Source of the DNA: Camelus dromedarius
Taxonomy: Eukaryota
DNA: 64,000 nt
Direction: 5' to 3'
Assembly (NCBI RefSeq): GCF_036321535.1
Contig: NC_087436.1
Span: 75,642,001 to 75,706,000 of the forward strand
Shown piece after piece: positions 52,098-64,000 of the stretch (position 1 is its first letter; each line of letters opens with the position of its first letter). The position numbers were made by a program, and so were the translations under genes. Under the pieces are notes generated by a model. The model ran no database searches and was not told where the DNA came from. It saw nothing but the letters and a program-made list of their open reading frames with translations.

Positions 52098-53930
52098 GTG
52101 GGCGCCCCGTGGGCCTGTCCGAAGGCCTCGTGCACCTGGGCGCCAGGTGCAACTTTGTTCCTGAAGTGCTCCATCTCCCACATCACTGCATCCAGTCATC
52201 CCCAGAACTGCACCAACCAAGGGAGTGTTTATAAGTCCCTCAGGAGAGACCTTCCTTAGCAGTAGTGACTAGAGTGGCCCCCTCCAAAGTCAATTAACTG
52301 GAAAAGTAATGTGTAAAATGTTTAAGTTAATATGAAAAAAATTACTGTCTGGCACAGTCATTTATATAAAAATCCAACTGTCTTTACTTCTAAGTAAATA
52401 CGTTTTTTCTTCTGGGTGTATTTTGGAGAGCCCAAAAGATTTACATTTGATGGGAAGGTTATTACTCAGTAGGTGTGTCCTCCTCCCCACGTGGGGAAAG
52501 GAGTCAAAATGACAGGTGGCGCACCCCGTCTTCCAGCAGACAAGTGGAGCACTGTTGTCCCGGGCGTTGTGGGGAGATAAGTGTTTGAAACACCTTGCTT
52601 TCGTAGCTAGTCCAAACCTGTGCCTCACTGACAACCCTTGCAAAAACAGACACTTTAAAAATGATGTTTAATAGTCATTAAACATCAGTAACAGAAGAAA
52701 ATGTTATAGCAAGTAGTCATAGTCATAGGAGGGCAGTTGTATCGAAGCGACTAGGCTAGTGTGTCCTCATGGGAAAATCAATTCCAAAGCAGGTTCTACC
52801 CAGTTTTGAGTAGTTATCTCAATGAACTAAAAGTCAGATGTTCATTCTTCATTTCAAACCAGGTTGAACCACACTGAAAGAGGGGAGTCTGTAGAGGGAC
52901 TTAATCATTTTGGGAAAGTTCCTTGGATTAAAATTTGTGTTTCCTTGAGATGCCTTTGGTTTTTTGGTCAATTCTCATTTTGTATACACTACTGCCCTCT
53001 ACTGAATAGAATTTTAAGATATTCTTAGCTTTCTCTTTCTATTTCTGCAGTTATGTAACCCACGTTCACTTTCAAAAATGCAAAGCTGAATGATTGGTTC
53101 CTCCTCTGACCCCTCAAAACTTGTTATTCTCTGTTCTCCATGATTTTTCTTTTCACTAAAGTTTTGAATATTTTTATTCAGAATATGCTTAAAAACTCAA
53201 AGATAAGGAATTCTTACTATATACATCCCATTTCTTAAACCAATACCAGAAGAATGTATTTAAAGAACTGTTTCATTGTTTGCTTCTTTAAAGAGTTGTA
53301 ACAGCCGGTATATGATAGAAAGAACATAGAACCAAGTCCTGGCTCATACCTTCCTTCATCAGATATCAGCAGAGTTGGACGAGACATAACCTCTCTGAAC
53401 CTCATCTGAAATTGTCACGAATAATCTCAGTATAGAAAGACATCTAGCCCAGTGTCTGTCAGCCAGGGATTTTGTGCTGACGGTAGATCCCAGATCCCCC
53501 AGATCCTTTAGGAATAACTGTGACTTCTTAAAAATCTCAGCCACGCCTTTGTGCAAATGAACAGTGAAGGCAAACTTCTCACTCCTGAAAACTGTTTTTG
53601 TTTAAGTGCCACCTCCTCAGAAAAGCCTTCTCAGATCATCCTATCTAAAGAAGCATCTTGGCACTTCCCATCCCTTTATTTACTTTATTTTAAAAATTTA
53701 TACATCTCCCTTTCTAGACTGTAGGTTTTACTAGGGTGGTGATTTGGGGTTTCTATCTACTGCTGAGGACCCAGCTCCTCACCTGCCTGGTGCCTGGGAC
53801 AATCACGGGCACTTAGTATTGAATGAGTGACTACAGGAGTGAATGAAGGTTGAATAGAGACGTGATGCTCATGTGCACTTCATCCTGGGGAGAAATAACC
53901 CTCACTGTGTGCACACTGTTTGCTTGGCAG

Positions 53931-54081
53931 GTGAGGGACTCTGCTCAGTCTTTCCTGACTGTGCACGTGCCTCTCTACGTGTCCTACATCTACGTGACGG
54001 CCCCTAGGGGCTGGGCCTCCCTGGAGCACCACACCGAGATGGAGTTTTCCTTCTTCTATGACACTGTTCTCTGGAGAACAG
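53931..54081 (+). CDS. FRAS1: FRAS1 exon 24 (151 nt)
   Basis: ggcag|GTG; VRDSAQSFLTVHVPLYVSYIYVTAPRGWASLEHHTEMEFSFFYDTVLWRT-G; donor ACAG|gtatat. Confidence 0.96.
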
Positions 54082-55748
54082 GTATATCCTTTGATGTCTT
54101 ATTAAGTCTTACCTTATGTTCAAGCAAGATTAAGAGAAAAAAAATAAGTAGTGACTTTTACAAGTGGCTGCATTCCTCATCCTGTTGTCCTATATTCAGT
54201 CAAGGGAGAGCCACCTGAAGTCTAAAAAGTGTATAGATCTGTGGTTCCTGAAAAAGAGTGATGTCCACACATGTTGATGCTGGAAGGCCCCCAGCCCAGA
54301 TACAGCGCCCAGAGCCGTGGATGGCAAGTGACAGATGGGTCCTATATGCCCATTAGGGGGTTCGGAGAAGTGTGTGATTTTTTGGAAAATAGTCATGTTC
54401 ATTTTATCCTAGGTAAGAATGGTGCAATTCCTGTTGTTTAAGGAGCAAAATCAGATGCACAGAAATGGAAAAATAGGCGAAGAGCAACCTGGCTCAGTTT
54501 CTCCATTTGGCATCTAGTTTGCTCCTTTGTTGCATCTTGAAAGTAGAGATTTAAACCCTAGTTTTACTTTAAGAACTGCAATGCTGAATTTTTAAAGTGA
54601 CCTTCACTTCAGGCTTGTCTCCATTACTGCTCTTTGAGAGGAGCCCCCCCTCTCCTGTCTCCTATCTCCTCTCTCCTTCAGCTGGGAGCTCACATCCCTC
54701 TCTGGTGTCTCCCCTCACACACCTTCTCCCACTGCCACCACGTGAATGTCCCTCAAAACCCCACGATTCTCTCCTCCATTTACCCCAGTGGATCTGAGCC
54801 GACTTTTGCTCTTTCCCATTTTCAGTGTCCCTTACGTCACACATAGCCCCAAGCTCATCTCCCCTTATTTTATTGCTCTCTTTTTCCCTCTCTCCCTCCC
54901 TGGTGATGATTTACTTGATCTGAGGCAGAGTTGCTTGATCTGAGGAGATTTCTTTAGATAGGGCTTCATTTCTTACAATGGAAAATACAATCCTTCCTTC
55001 TGTTAGATGGTTTCAGCTCAAATCATTATTTGCTTTATATTTCTCATAGGAAAATAACTTCAGGAAGTTCTCACGCTCTGGCTCAGATAAATCCTTGAGT
55101 TTGGGGGTTTTTTTAACTATTTTTTCCCTCCTTTGATTGCCGTTTAGTTTTTGGTCATACTGAACTCACTGGGTATCGTGATTGCCACTGACCTTATTAA
55201 AGCCACAGTTGACTCATGTCATGCCGTATATGGCTGGCCTTCTGCAGGCTAACCTTTAATTCTCCACGGCTGTCAATACTAAATGTAGCCACTAGAACAT
55301 TGTTTACGGTTCTGTTAAGTCCTGAGATGTGTCCTGGTGAGGAAAAGAAAATGCAGTGTGTAGCAGATATGCTGTAACCACATCCTGGTGTAAAGTTGAA
55401 AGTAAGAAGTTTTAGGGCCCATTTTTTTTCTCTGAGTTATGGGCTGGGACCCTGCATCTGGGCTAAGTAGCATCTCCAGGTATAAAGAGACTGTATCAAA
55501 GAGAGCAGAATTGTAAAACAAAAAAAACAAAGAACCAAGTAGAATGAACTGTCAAACAGTGTTAATTGATACATGTCTCTAAATAGACTCTAGGTTCATG
55601 CAAATATGTAAATTTGTTCTGAGTTGCATTCAAGTGAATGTGCAGCTCTACTTAGAGGTATCAGTGGGATAACTCACATGGCAGTTACAGGCTGAGAGAT
55701 CTTCTCCAAGCCCTAACTTGGATGTTTTGTGTATGGTTGCCTGCCCAG

Positions 55749-55856
55749 GAATCCAGACGGACAGTGTGCTCTCTGCAAGGCTTCAGATAATAAGGATCTA
55801 TATTCGAGAGGATGGCCGTCTCGTCATTGAATTCAAGACCCATGCCAAATTCAGAG
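55749..55856 (+). CDS. FRAS1: FRAS1 exon 25 (108 nt)
   Basis: cccag|GA; IQTDSVLSARLQIIRIYIREDGRLVIEFKTHAKFR-G; donor AGAG|gtagta. Confidence 0.96.
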
Positions 55857-55869
55857 GTAGTATCAGTGC

Positions 55870-56345
55870 CATTTTTTTCCTCAGTTTTTTTTTTATTATT
55901 AAGAAACATTCAATCATAGAGAAAAAGTTGAAAGAATAAGTTGAAGAACAAAGTTAACAGTTGTTAACATTTTGCTATGTGTGTGTACACACATGCATAC
56001 ATTCCCATTTTTTTGTTACACCATTTAAAGATGAGTTGCAGGCTTCATGCCAAATTACCATAAATACTTCAGTAGACATCTCCTAAGACAAGGACCTTCT
56101 CTTACATGTCACAGTAGCATCACCAGATCCAAGATATTTAACATCGATCCAGTGATACCCAGTCCTTATTCACATTCCCTCTATTGTCCCACGGATGTCT
56201 TTTCTAGTTGTTTTTATATCTGTTTCTATTGACTTTGTATCTGTTTATATAAAAGGAAAGCGAATCCAATCAAGTTCCATAATGTTACATTTGGTGGTTA
56301 TATCTCTTTAGGCTCTTTTAGTCTAGAATAGTGTCCCTACTGTTA
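55870..56345 (-). mobile_element. Old L1 (L1MC/ME-like) 3' UTR fragment
   Basis: TAAATACTTCAGTAGACATCTCCTAAGACAAGGACCTTCTCTTACAT...ACATTTGGTGGTTATATCTCTTTAGGCTCTTTTAGTCTAGAA. Confidence 0.7.
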
Positions 56346-56876
56346 TTCATCCATGACTCTATATTACTGTAGTTTTAAAGAGTGGCGGTGTCTTGCTGAG
56401 TAACCCTTGCCTTTTTAATGATGTTTGCAATTGCTTCCTTCCACCAAGGATTTGAATGGCCCTAAATGAGATTTTTTTTTTAATCTGGTTGATACTTGTA
56501 TTTATAAACTACTGAGATCTTTCTACCTCCAAGAAACGTATTGGTTGGAATTCATAGCTGAGTGTGTTCAGTGTTCACTGTCACATAAGGACTCCTATTA
56601 CTGTGAATATGCTCATTAGCACCATTTCTACAAGGCTCATTAGTACTGTTTGTAAATATAGACATGACCATAATGGCCGTCGGGAGTAGGCTGATGGGCT
56701 GGGGTGAGAAGCCATGCCCTCCCATCCAGTGTGGAATATATTCTAAGGGGGAGGGGCAGATATAACCTAAGTTGTTTTATAGAAGAATATTCATTCAGTT
56801 CTAAAGCTTTTGTAGGGGATTCACCACAAGTACAATAAAGCTCATGAGTAAGTATGTGTGCTTCCCCTTGAAACAG

Positions 56877-57036
56877 GACAATTTGTGATGGAGCACCACA
56901 CCCTCCCTGATGTGAAGTCATTCATACTGACTCCAGACCACCTCGGTGGAATTGAATTTGACCTGCAGCTACTCTGGAGTGCTCAGACTTTTGATTCTCC
57001 TTATCAGCTCTGGAGAGCCACAAGCTCGTATAACAG
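56877..57036 (+). CDS. FRAS1: FRAS1 exon 26 (160 nt)
   Basis: aaacag|GA; QFVMEHHTLPDVKSFILTPDHLGGIEFDLQLLWSAQTFDSPYQLWRATSSYN-R; donor ACAG|gtgaat. Confidence 0.96.
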
Positions 57037-57859
57037 GTGAATACGGGATGGAGTTCAGGGGTAAATCTGAAATGTTTCAGTTTCTTGAAGGGCTTTTCTT
57101 CAGAAGCTGGGTTTCTATCTTAAAAAGGAGATGGACAGAAACAACTCCCTGGCAAATAGAGAAACAGATGGAGCTGAGATCAGCTTCCGATGTGTAAAAC
57201 GGGAAGTGCTCACCCTTATCCCGAGGACGAGAACGGGGAGGGTGCACGTCACTTTCACTCACGTCCCATTGGCTAGAACTTAGTCACATGGCACAGCCAC
57301 CTGCAGGAAGCTGGGAAGCGTGTCCAACTAAAACTGTAGTACAGTAAAGAAATTTCATTCCAACTACCACAGCCAGTGCAAAATCCAGAATCTCTGGTCA
57401 TCAGGGCCAGATGTGACCCCTTATGGTCCAATGTCCTATAAAATAAATAACAAGACTTATTCCTTGTCCACACCCAATATGGAGGTAGAATGGGAATGGG
57501 ATAAATACAGTAAAATATCCCATTTGTAAAAGGGAAGACTAGGGCAAACAAAATGAAAACTTTTACTGTGAAAAGGATAATGGAGTCTTTCGTGAATGTT
57601 GTTATCCTCATTTAGTAGATCGTGAAATTAAGGTCTACATTTAGCATGAAAATCTTATTCCAGTTTTACAGTTAAGAAGTAGCAGATTGTCTTAGAATCA
57701 TTTTCAAAAATATTTTTAATTATAAATTTTTGGTCTTATAGCAGGTATTTTTGTACATAATGATTCCTTTGAAATCAATATATAATAAAATAACCTCTAA
57801 GGGCTATGTTTCCTAGCACCTCATGATATTGTACATGTACTTGTCCCAATTTGTAGGCG

Positions 57860-59235
57860 GATAAACTCTCCTCTTTAAATCCTCTGCTGATTCCCCACCA
57901 CCTACCAAATGAAGTCCAGCTCTTTGAACAAGACCCATGCCTCCCCACTGGCCTCATCTCAAACCCAGCCTTCTCACCACATTAAATATCTCACCAGCCC
58001 CTGAATCCACCAGCCCATCCACACACCTCTGTACTTTTGCAATTCCCTCTGCCCTTGCTGCTCCTTTCCTCTTGCAAAATGAAACTCCTCTGAGCTCCAG
58101 CTCAAATACTGACCCCTCTGACACCTTCCCTGACTTCCCATGCAGTGCTGGGGGCATCTCTTCCTTGCTCCCATGTTGTTCCAGCTTCTACTGTAGCGCA
58201 GCTCAGTGTATTATAATGCTCTAAGTAGAGTCCCATTTTCCACTAGATTGTGAGCTTCCCAGGGGTAAAAGGCATGATCTTCAATCCCCAGGGCTGCAGG
58301 TTTTAGCACCTGGTTGGTGCTGAATAAACATCCTTTAGGAGCTAACATTTGTGTTAAGGAGGTAAAATACGTAGATAAATGGCAAAGTGCAAAACAGCAC
58401 CAAGTGCTCTGTGCTGTGTGCACTGGGAGCGATAGTGTGCAGAACCCTGAGACAGTAGCTGCTCAGGGAGGACCGCCCAGCGTGAGCTGGGGAGCTGTCC
58501 AAGGCTTCTCGGGGAGACAGGGCGACTGGTACTCCACGATGTGATGTGGGAAATGTCTAGTTTTCAGAAAGGAGGGGAGAAGAACTATAGGATTAAAAAC
58601 CTGCATCCAGAACTGCATCCATCACCCCAACTCCTGTTTAGGGACTTGGAGAAAAGTAGGACGCAGCCTTAGGAGACCACGCCATTTGTCCTGCATTCAT
58701 TTGTCCAACAGATAGTTATTGAGCTTTTGCTATGTGTCAGGGAAGGTTCTGGGCGCTTGGAATACATCAGTGGACAAAGTAAAGATCCCTGCCAGCAGAG
58801 GTGGACATAATGAATGAGTGCAGTCCCACATGTTAGAAGATGATGAGAGCTATGGAAGAATGAAAGGTAGTGGGCAGGGAAGGGGCATCAGGAGGGGGTG
58901 GCAGTGTGATGTTAATTAGCATGTTCCGAGTAGGCCTCAGTAAGAAGGTACATTTGAGCAAAGACCTGAAGCAGGTGAGGGAGTTCCCTAGGCAGAGTAT
59001 CTGGGGAAGAGGTTCCCAGCAAGGTTCCTGGGGTGACAGCATCCTGGCATGCTGGGGGACAGTGAGGAGGCTGGTGTGGCCAGAGTGGAGAGAACAGGGA
59101 AGAGGGGAATAGGCGGGAAGGTCAGAGGAGCAAGGTGATGGGGTTGGGCCACCAGTGTGTGGACTTTGTCACTGGCTCTCATGCAGCAGGAGCCCCCCGG
59201 GGTTTGGGCAACGTGACCTGGCCTGACTTTTTGAA
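57860..59235. mobile_element. L2 fragments (plus-strand about 57860-58330; minus-strand about 58695-59235)
   Basis: CACTAGATTGTGAGCTTCCAGGGG...GGTGCTGAATAAACA and CATTCATTTGTCCAACAGATAGTTATTGAGC...AAGAAGGTACATTTGAGCAAAGACCTGAAG. Confidence 0.7.
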
Positions 59236-60575
59236 AGCAAGGGTCAGGCATGGACAGTTCTGCCTAATGAAGTATTTCTATTAATTAAGAGCTACAATTC
59301 CCATTATATGGGTCAATTTTCATGTATTCAAATGTGTACGAGGTCTCATTTCCTGCTGATCCAAGCTCTGGAGGGAGAAGGACCATGGAGGAAAACTGAA
59401 GACATGCAGACGTGCAAACATACAAACTTTCAGGGCATGAGGGGCTTAGAAATTAAGCCTTGAAAGTTTGCGTGGTTTGTCTAAAATCATACAACCATGG
59501 CAGAGGCAAAGTAGGGCAGGGTTAGACTGTCTGCTGGTTCCCAGCCTGTGCCAGTCCACTAGACTGAGCCCAGGCAGCCGTGTCCTAAAGTTCTATTATT
59601 ATTTTTTAACCAAATCTTTGCTATCACTTTACTAATAAACAGACACAGATAATACAAAAGAAATGGTCAAAGCAATGAACACAGAGGGTGTGAGAACTGT
59701 TCTCAGATCACAGTAATTATGATTAAGATTCATGGCCCTTCACTCCTCATTCAATGGATGGCAGCTTCCCAAGGCTCTTGAAGAATCTTCCTGAAACTTC
59801 TGGGTGTCTGGCTGCCTTCCAGGCACTCTGCCAGTGCTGGGCTGCTACTGGATGACAAGTGTGGGAAATGAAGTAGGTGAGGGCTACAGAGGCGCCACGC
59901 TGTCAGGGTCATGACCTGCAGAATCCTGTGCCCCCCTCCCCCCAGACACACAGAAATTCCCAGCAGGTCATCCCCGATGAGAGGTGACAGTGTTCTTCAG
60001 CTTCGGTAAAGAGATGAGGCTGTCGAGTTTAGGGGAGGAGCCCTGAAGCGGAATGCTAATGAATGGGGGTGGTTGGGGGGTTCTCTGGAGTGGGGTCATT
60101 TAACCCTGAGACACTTGCTGCCTCCTCAGTCAGAGCAGCAGCAGCTGGCGTGGTCACATCGCAATGAATAAAAGCTTTTGCAGTTGGGAAGGTGTAGCAG
60201 GGTGTCAGTCCATGGGAAACACTAAAAAGAAATTGCCAGGTAAGTTTCATGGAAATCTCAAGGAAGTGGCCAGTCCTGTTTTGTCTTCACCGGAGCCTTT
60301 TAGATTTTTATAAACAGTGTGCCTTTCTCAGCATTTCCCATGAAAAGCTCTTGAATAAATGAGAGTGGCTCTATTTAGCACCTCTGGAGAATACTCTGAA
60401 GGTGAGAACAATCAGTGATGAATTCCTGAAAATTGTGTTTGCAGACTCGTGAGGTTCTTAGATGCTGAGCACAAAAATCACCTGAAAACTGTGCAATGAA
60501 GTCCGTGTGTTTCTGGGTAAGTAAACAATCTAGAGATAGTCCCCTGTAACCACGGTCTGCTCTGCATGTCTCCAG

Positions 60576-60692
60576 GAAGGACTACTCGGGGGAGTACACC
60601 ATCTACCTGATCCCTTGCACCGTGCAGCCCACACAGCCCTGGGCTGACCCAGGAGAGAAGCCTTTGGCCTGCACTGCACACGCCCCAGAAAG
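60576..60692 (+). CDS. FRAS1: FRAS1 exon 27 (117 nt)
   Basis: tccag|G; KDYSGEYTIYLIPCTVQPTQPWADPGEKPLACTAHAPE-R; donor AAAG|gtaggg; correct frame not in ORF track. Confidence 0.95.
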
Positions 60693-60704
60693 GTAGGGAG
60701 AAAC

Positions 60705-61243
60705 GACTGATCGTCATTCCTTGTGAACTTAGCTACTTGCTAACATTTGTAACCCCAAAGCCAATTTTCGGGACGCTGTCTGGTCACTCGCGGACATGCA
60801 GAGTGACGAGATGTTCATCCCCGGCTCAGGTCGAGCAAGGCATGCTGCCTTCCCATACTGCGAGCAGGTGTCCTTTTCACGGTCTGTTCAGTGCCAGGTT
60901 TTTCAAAGTTTTGTGCTTTTTGTCGATTTCACTGTTTAAAATGGCTCCCAGTGGCCTAAGTACAAGAAGCCAGCGATGAGCCCGATGGAGCGTTAGGTAA
61001 GCTTCCTCCCGGCTTGGATTTGAGTGCTGTTGCTGTGAGCTCCCCGTCAGTGAATCAACAGTGCATACGAAGTAAGTTGTCTTTGAACAGAAACACACGT
61101 GAAACAGGATGAAAAAGGTGTGACTAGCGGCTGTAGGAACTCTACCCTGTATTTCCCCCGGGAGCAGCAGTTCAAGATTCACTGATTCAGTTTTCAGCAC
61201 GACCTTGTAGAACATAATGACCCCAAACAACAAGAGCCGACTG
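60705..61243. mobile_element. MER82 (TcMar-Tigger) DNA transposon
   Basis: CTACTTGCTAACATTTGTAACCCCAAA...GGTCGAGCAAGG...TGTTTAAAATGGCTCCCA...CCCTGTATTTCCCC...AGAACATAA...CGACTG match the recalled MER82 consensus. Confidence 0.82.
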
Positions 61244-62219
61244 TCCACCGGCCCACACCCACCTCTGGCCTGAGACAGTCCACACTGTGCCGATGTCCAT
61301 TTGTCAGCCAGCACTTCCTCAGCTCTTGTCATGCACTTCGCTCTGCCCCTGGCACGGAGACTGTAGCAGAGGATGAAGAGTAACCTCTGCTCTCAAGCTT
61401 GTAGTCTAGTGCCACCTTTCTAGGAGCTGAGCAAAGTGAATAGAAAACATTCCTGGGAGAAGATGCTGAAGGCAGACTCCAACATTGTCATTAAGAGAGG
61501 ACCATTTGGGATGTGACTTCCAAATTAAGAGTCTAAGACTTGGCCACTAGATTTGGTGACATAGAAGTCACTGGTGATCTTGACAAAGGACAGGTTCAGT
61601 AGACAGAGCCGGATAAAGCCCGATTAGAGGGGATTCAAGAGGGAGATGAAAAAAATTGGAGATAACAAGGAAAGACAGTGCTTTTGGAGCTTTGTTATAA
61701 AGGATGTCAGAAGAGAGGGGCACTAGCAGGAAACAGACGAAGGGTCAAAGGAGGTTTTATTTGTTTGTGTGTTAGGGTGCAAAATATTGTAGGATGTTTG
61801 TATGCTGGTGGGAATAACCTGTTGGTCTAGTAGGGGACATCTGACAATGCAGAAGACAGAGGGAAAATCTGCAGAGCCCAGTCCTTGAGTAGGGCGGGGC
61901 CGGCTGGGACAGGAGGGGAGGGGCCAGCCCGAGTGGGAAGCAGAGAGTTCATCCACTGAAGGCGGAAGGAGGACGCAGAGCACACATGCAGAGGAGGGGA
62001 GAATTAGGAGACTGGGAGGGTAAGGATGGCAGAGGAGACACACAACTGCGTCTGTTTCCTCCATGAAATGAGAAGCCAAGCATTAGCTGGAAGTGAGGAG
62101 CAGTGAGGTTTGAGAAGAGAGGAGGAAGGCAAGCAGAGGCATCTCGGAGAGTGGGAAGCAGGTAGGCCAGAGAGTCACAGACGAGAGACCAGGCAGCGCC
62201 CAGAGCCCAGCTGAGCTGT

Positions 62220-62990
62220 TTTTAAATTACTGATGATTGATGTAAGATATAGAGCACACATTTAAAGTCGATACAGTCTGATCGTTTTTTTTTTAACATT
62301 TTGTATTGATTTTTATAATCATTTTACAATGTTGTGTCAAATTCCAGTGTTCAGCATGATCAGTTTTGACAGATGCATACACTTGTGTAACGTCACCACA
62401 GTTAAGACAGTGAATGTATCCATTTCCTTCAGAAGTTTCCTCACGACCCTTTGCTGTATACCTGCCTCCCACCCATCCCGACCCACGCCTTCTCCAGGGT
62501 GTCCTCTGATCTTTCTGTCACTGCAGATTAGTTAGCATTTTCTAGTAATGTATATAAGCGGCCCCCACCATACAGTATGCATTCTTTTTCATTGACTTCT
62601 TTTGCTCAACATGGTTATCTTGACTCCTTCATGTTGTGTGTTATGTGTATCCATAGTTTTTTCCTGTTATTGCTGAGTTTATCCCATGGTGGGGACATGC
62701 TACAGGTTGTTTAGCAAATTGATCAGTTGATGGACATTTGGGTTCTTTCCAGTTTGGGCTGGTAAATAAAGCTGCTATGAACATGCATAGTCAAGTCTTT
62801 ATCCTGACATGTGCTTTCTGTGTTCTTGTGGAAATACCTAGGAAAGAAGTGGCTGGATCGTAGAGTAGATGTACATTTAACTTCTTAAGAAACTGCAACA
62901 CTGTTTTCCAAAGTGTTTGTAAATGTGTAACTGGGTGTTTCCATTCCCACCATGAGTGTGTCCGTGTCCCAGGTTCTCTGCATCCTGGTA
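62220..62990 (-). mobile_element. Old L1 (L1MB/MC-like) fragment carrying a nested young L1 3' end at 62289-62356
   Basis: CACATTTAAAG...[insert]...AGTTTTGACAGATGCATACAC...GATGGACATTTGGGTTCTTTCCAGTTTGGG...CCATTCCCACCA. Confidence 0.85.
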
Positions 62991-64000
62991 AACGTGGCCA
63001 GGGAGGGCCTGGTGTGGTTGAAGAATTAATGAGCGGGAGTAAAAGAAGAGGTGAACTGGAAAGGTAGGAGATGGTGCTTAGAGAGTGAAGTGTATGAAAA
63101 TGAATTTTTTTGGAGGTGGCACCTAGTCAGACAGAGAAGTGGGGGGCAGAGCACACTCTTTGGAGGTGAAGATGTCAAGGAACTGAGAGTCTGGGTTTTA
63201 GATGGTTCATCCATGCAGATGGCAGGAGCCATGCTTGAGAGCGTAGTCAGCCAAAGGTGAGAGGGACGGTGACACAGGACAGTGGTAGTTGCCTGCTAAG
63301 GAAGAACAGGAGGCAGATAGTCTGAAGAGATATTCTGGGGAATTTTATTCATGTAATAGATTTTTTAAATTATGAAATATTTTAAATATTCAGAGGACCA
63401 TATATAGTGGATATAGAAAACTTCAAGAAATAGAACATTACTTAATATGAATTATAACTGCAGTGAGTTGGGCATCCCTCGGGCTGTGATCCTGGTGATA
63501 AAGTGCGTCATAATAGCTACCAGTGTTACTAGTGACCGTGTGTGGGGTGCGGACTAGGTGGTGGGCTCTGTGCTAATAAGCTCCTAACATTTGATTCTCA
63601 TTACAGTGATTCCCCACAAGACTGGTACTGTTGTCTCCATTTTATAACTAATGAAACTGGGGTCAAGGGGAAAAAAGAAGTAGAACATTGCCAGTATCTT
63701 TTAAATACCCTCGGTGCCCCTTTCACCGCACTCCCCCCAGCTGCCCACTAGCCTGATACTTCTTTTCATCATCCCTTGTTTTGGTTTATGGTTCAGCTCA
63801 TATTTACTTCTACATGGTTTTGCATGTTTCTGAACTTTATATAAAAATTCCTCACTGCGTGAATTCTCTCTGCAGCTTTTCTTTTTCCTCAGTGAATCAT
63901 TTGTTGATTCACAAGTGAAATCAACACTCCTGTTGACTCATGTGTCTGCAGGTTGTTTTTCACTGCATTAAGGGAGTCTTCACAGGAGACGTCATAGGCC

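Larger units (their letters stand above)
1..60692 (+). other. FRAS1: FRAS1 gene, internal multi-exon portion (27 coding exons; gene extends beyond both ends)
   Basis: Spliced exons give one continuous frame matching recalled FRAS1 (e.g. EDKSPPVITTNKGLVLDENSVKKITTLQLSATD, VQFDEREDTKSCTIVINDDD, KDYSGEYTIYLIPCTVQP); CSPG repeats followed by 5 Calx-beta domains; all introns GT-AG with matching phases. Confidence 0.98.

Noticed and set aside
51774..52234. Long alternative-frame and antisense ORFs overlapping exons (also 13859-14227, 26631-26942, 43714-44127, 44933-45417, 47403-47798)
   Set aside because: Shadow ORFs expected opposite GC3-rich coding exons; no recognisable domains
52662..52687. 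Perfect 11-bp inverted repeat TGATGTTTAAT-AGTC-ATTAAACATCA
   Set aside because: AT-rich and short; one such stem in 64 kb is compatible with chance, and it is too short for a pre-miRNA
54912..54947. Short direct duplication CTTGATCTGAGG x2 (similar small duplications near 15970 and 58600)
   Set aside because: Ordinary slippage-type duplications with no associated motif or structure
1..64000. A novel multi-gene system, CRISPR array, operon or foreign insert
   Set aside because: All convincing coding signal belongs to FRAS1 exons or decayed L1 ORF2. I saw no regularly spaced repeat-spacer array, RNA gene or compositionally foreign block.

Overview
Mammalian genomic DNA, probably a camelid artiodactyl. 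This is inferred from recalled camelid-type young L1 3' ends, an artiodactyl-type Tigger1 derivative and ERV1 LTR, and no recognisable Alu, Bov-tA or PRE1 SINEs. The whole window lies inside one + strand gene, FRAS1 (Fraser extracellular matrix complex subunit 1). I traced 27 consecutive coding exons by hand, the first truncated by the window edge. They total 4758 nt (about 1585 codons), all have GT-AG boundaries with compatible phases, and there are no stops or frameshifts. They encode the last CSPG/NG2 repeats, all five Calx-beta domains and part of the C-terminal ectodomain, roughly human exons 44-70 from recall. The transmembrane exon is downstream of the window. Introns contain ordinary mammalian repeats: L1, L2, MIR, MaLR/ERVL/ERV1 LTRs, Tigger1-type, MER82, MER20 and microsatellites. 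Repeat family names and human comparisons come from memory, not database searches. I found no support for a novel multi-gene system. The best leads are splicing or regulatory oddities: an L1 fragment abutting an acceptor that may supply its branch point, a recursive-splice-type exon with a U11-like motif in its donor, a sense-oriented solo LTR with a polyA signal, a tandem p63-like element, and an apparent extra cysteine.
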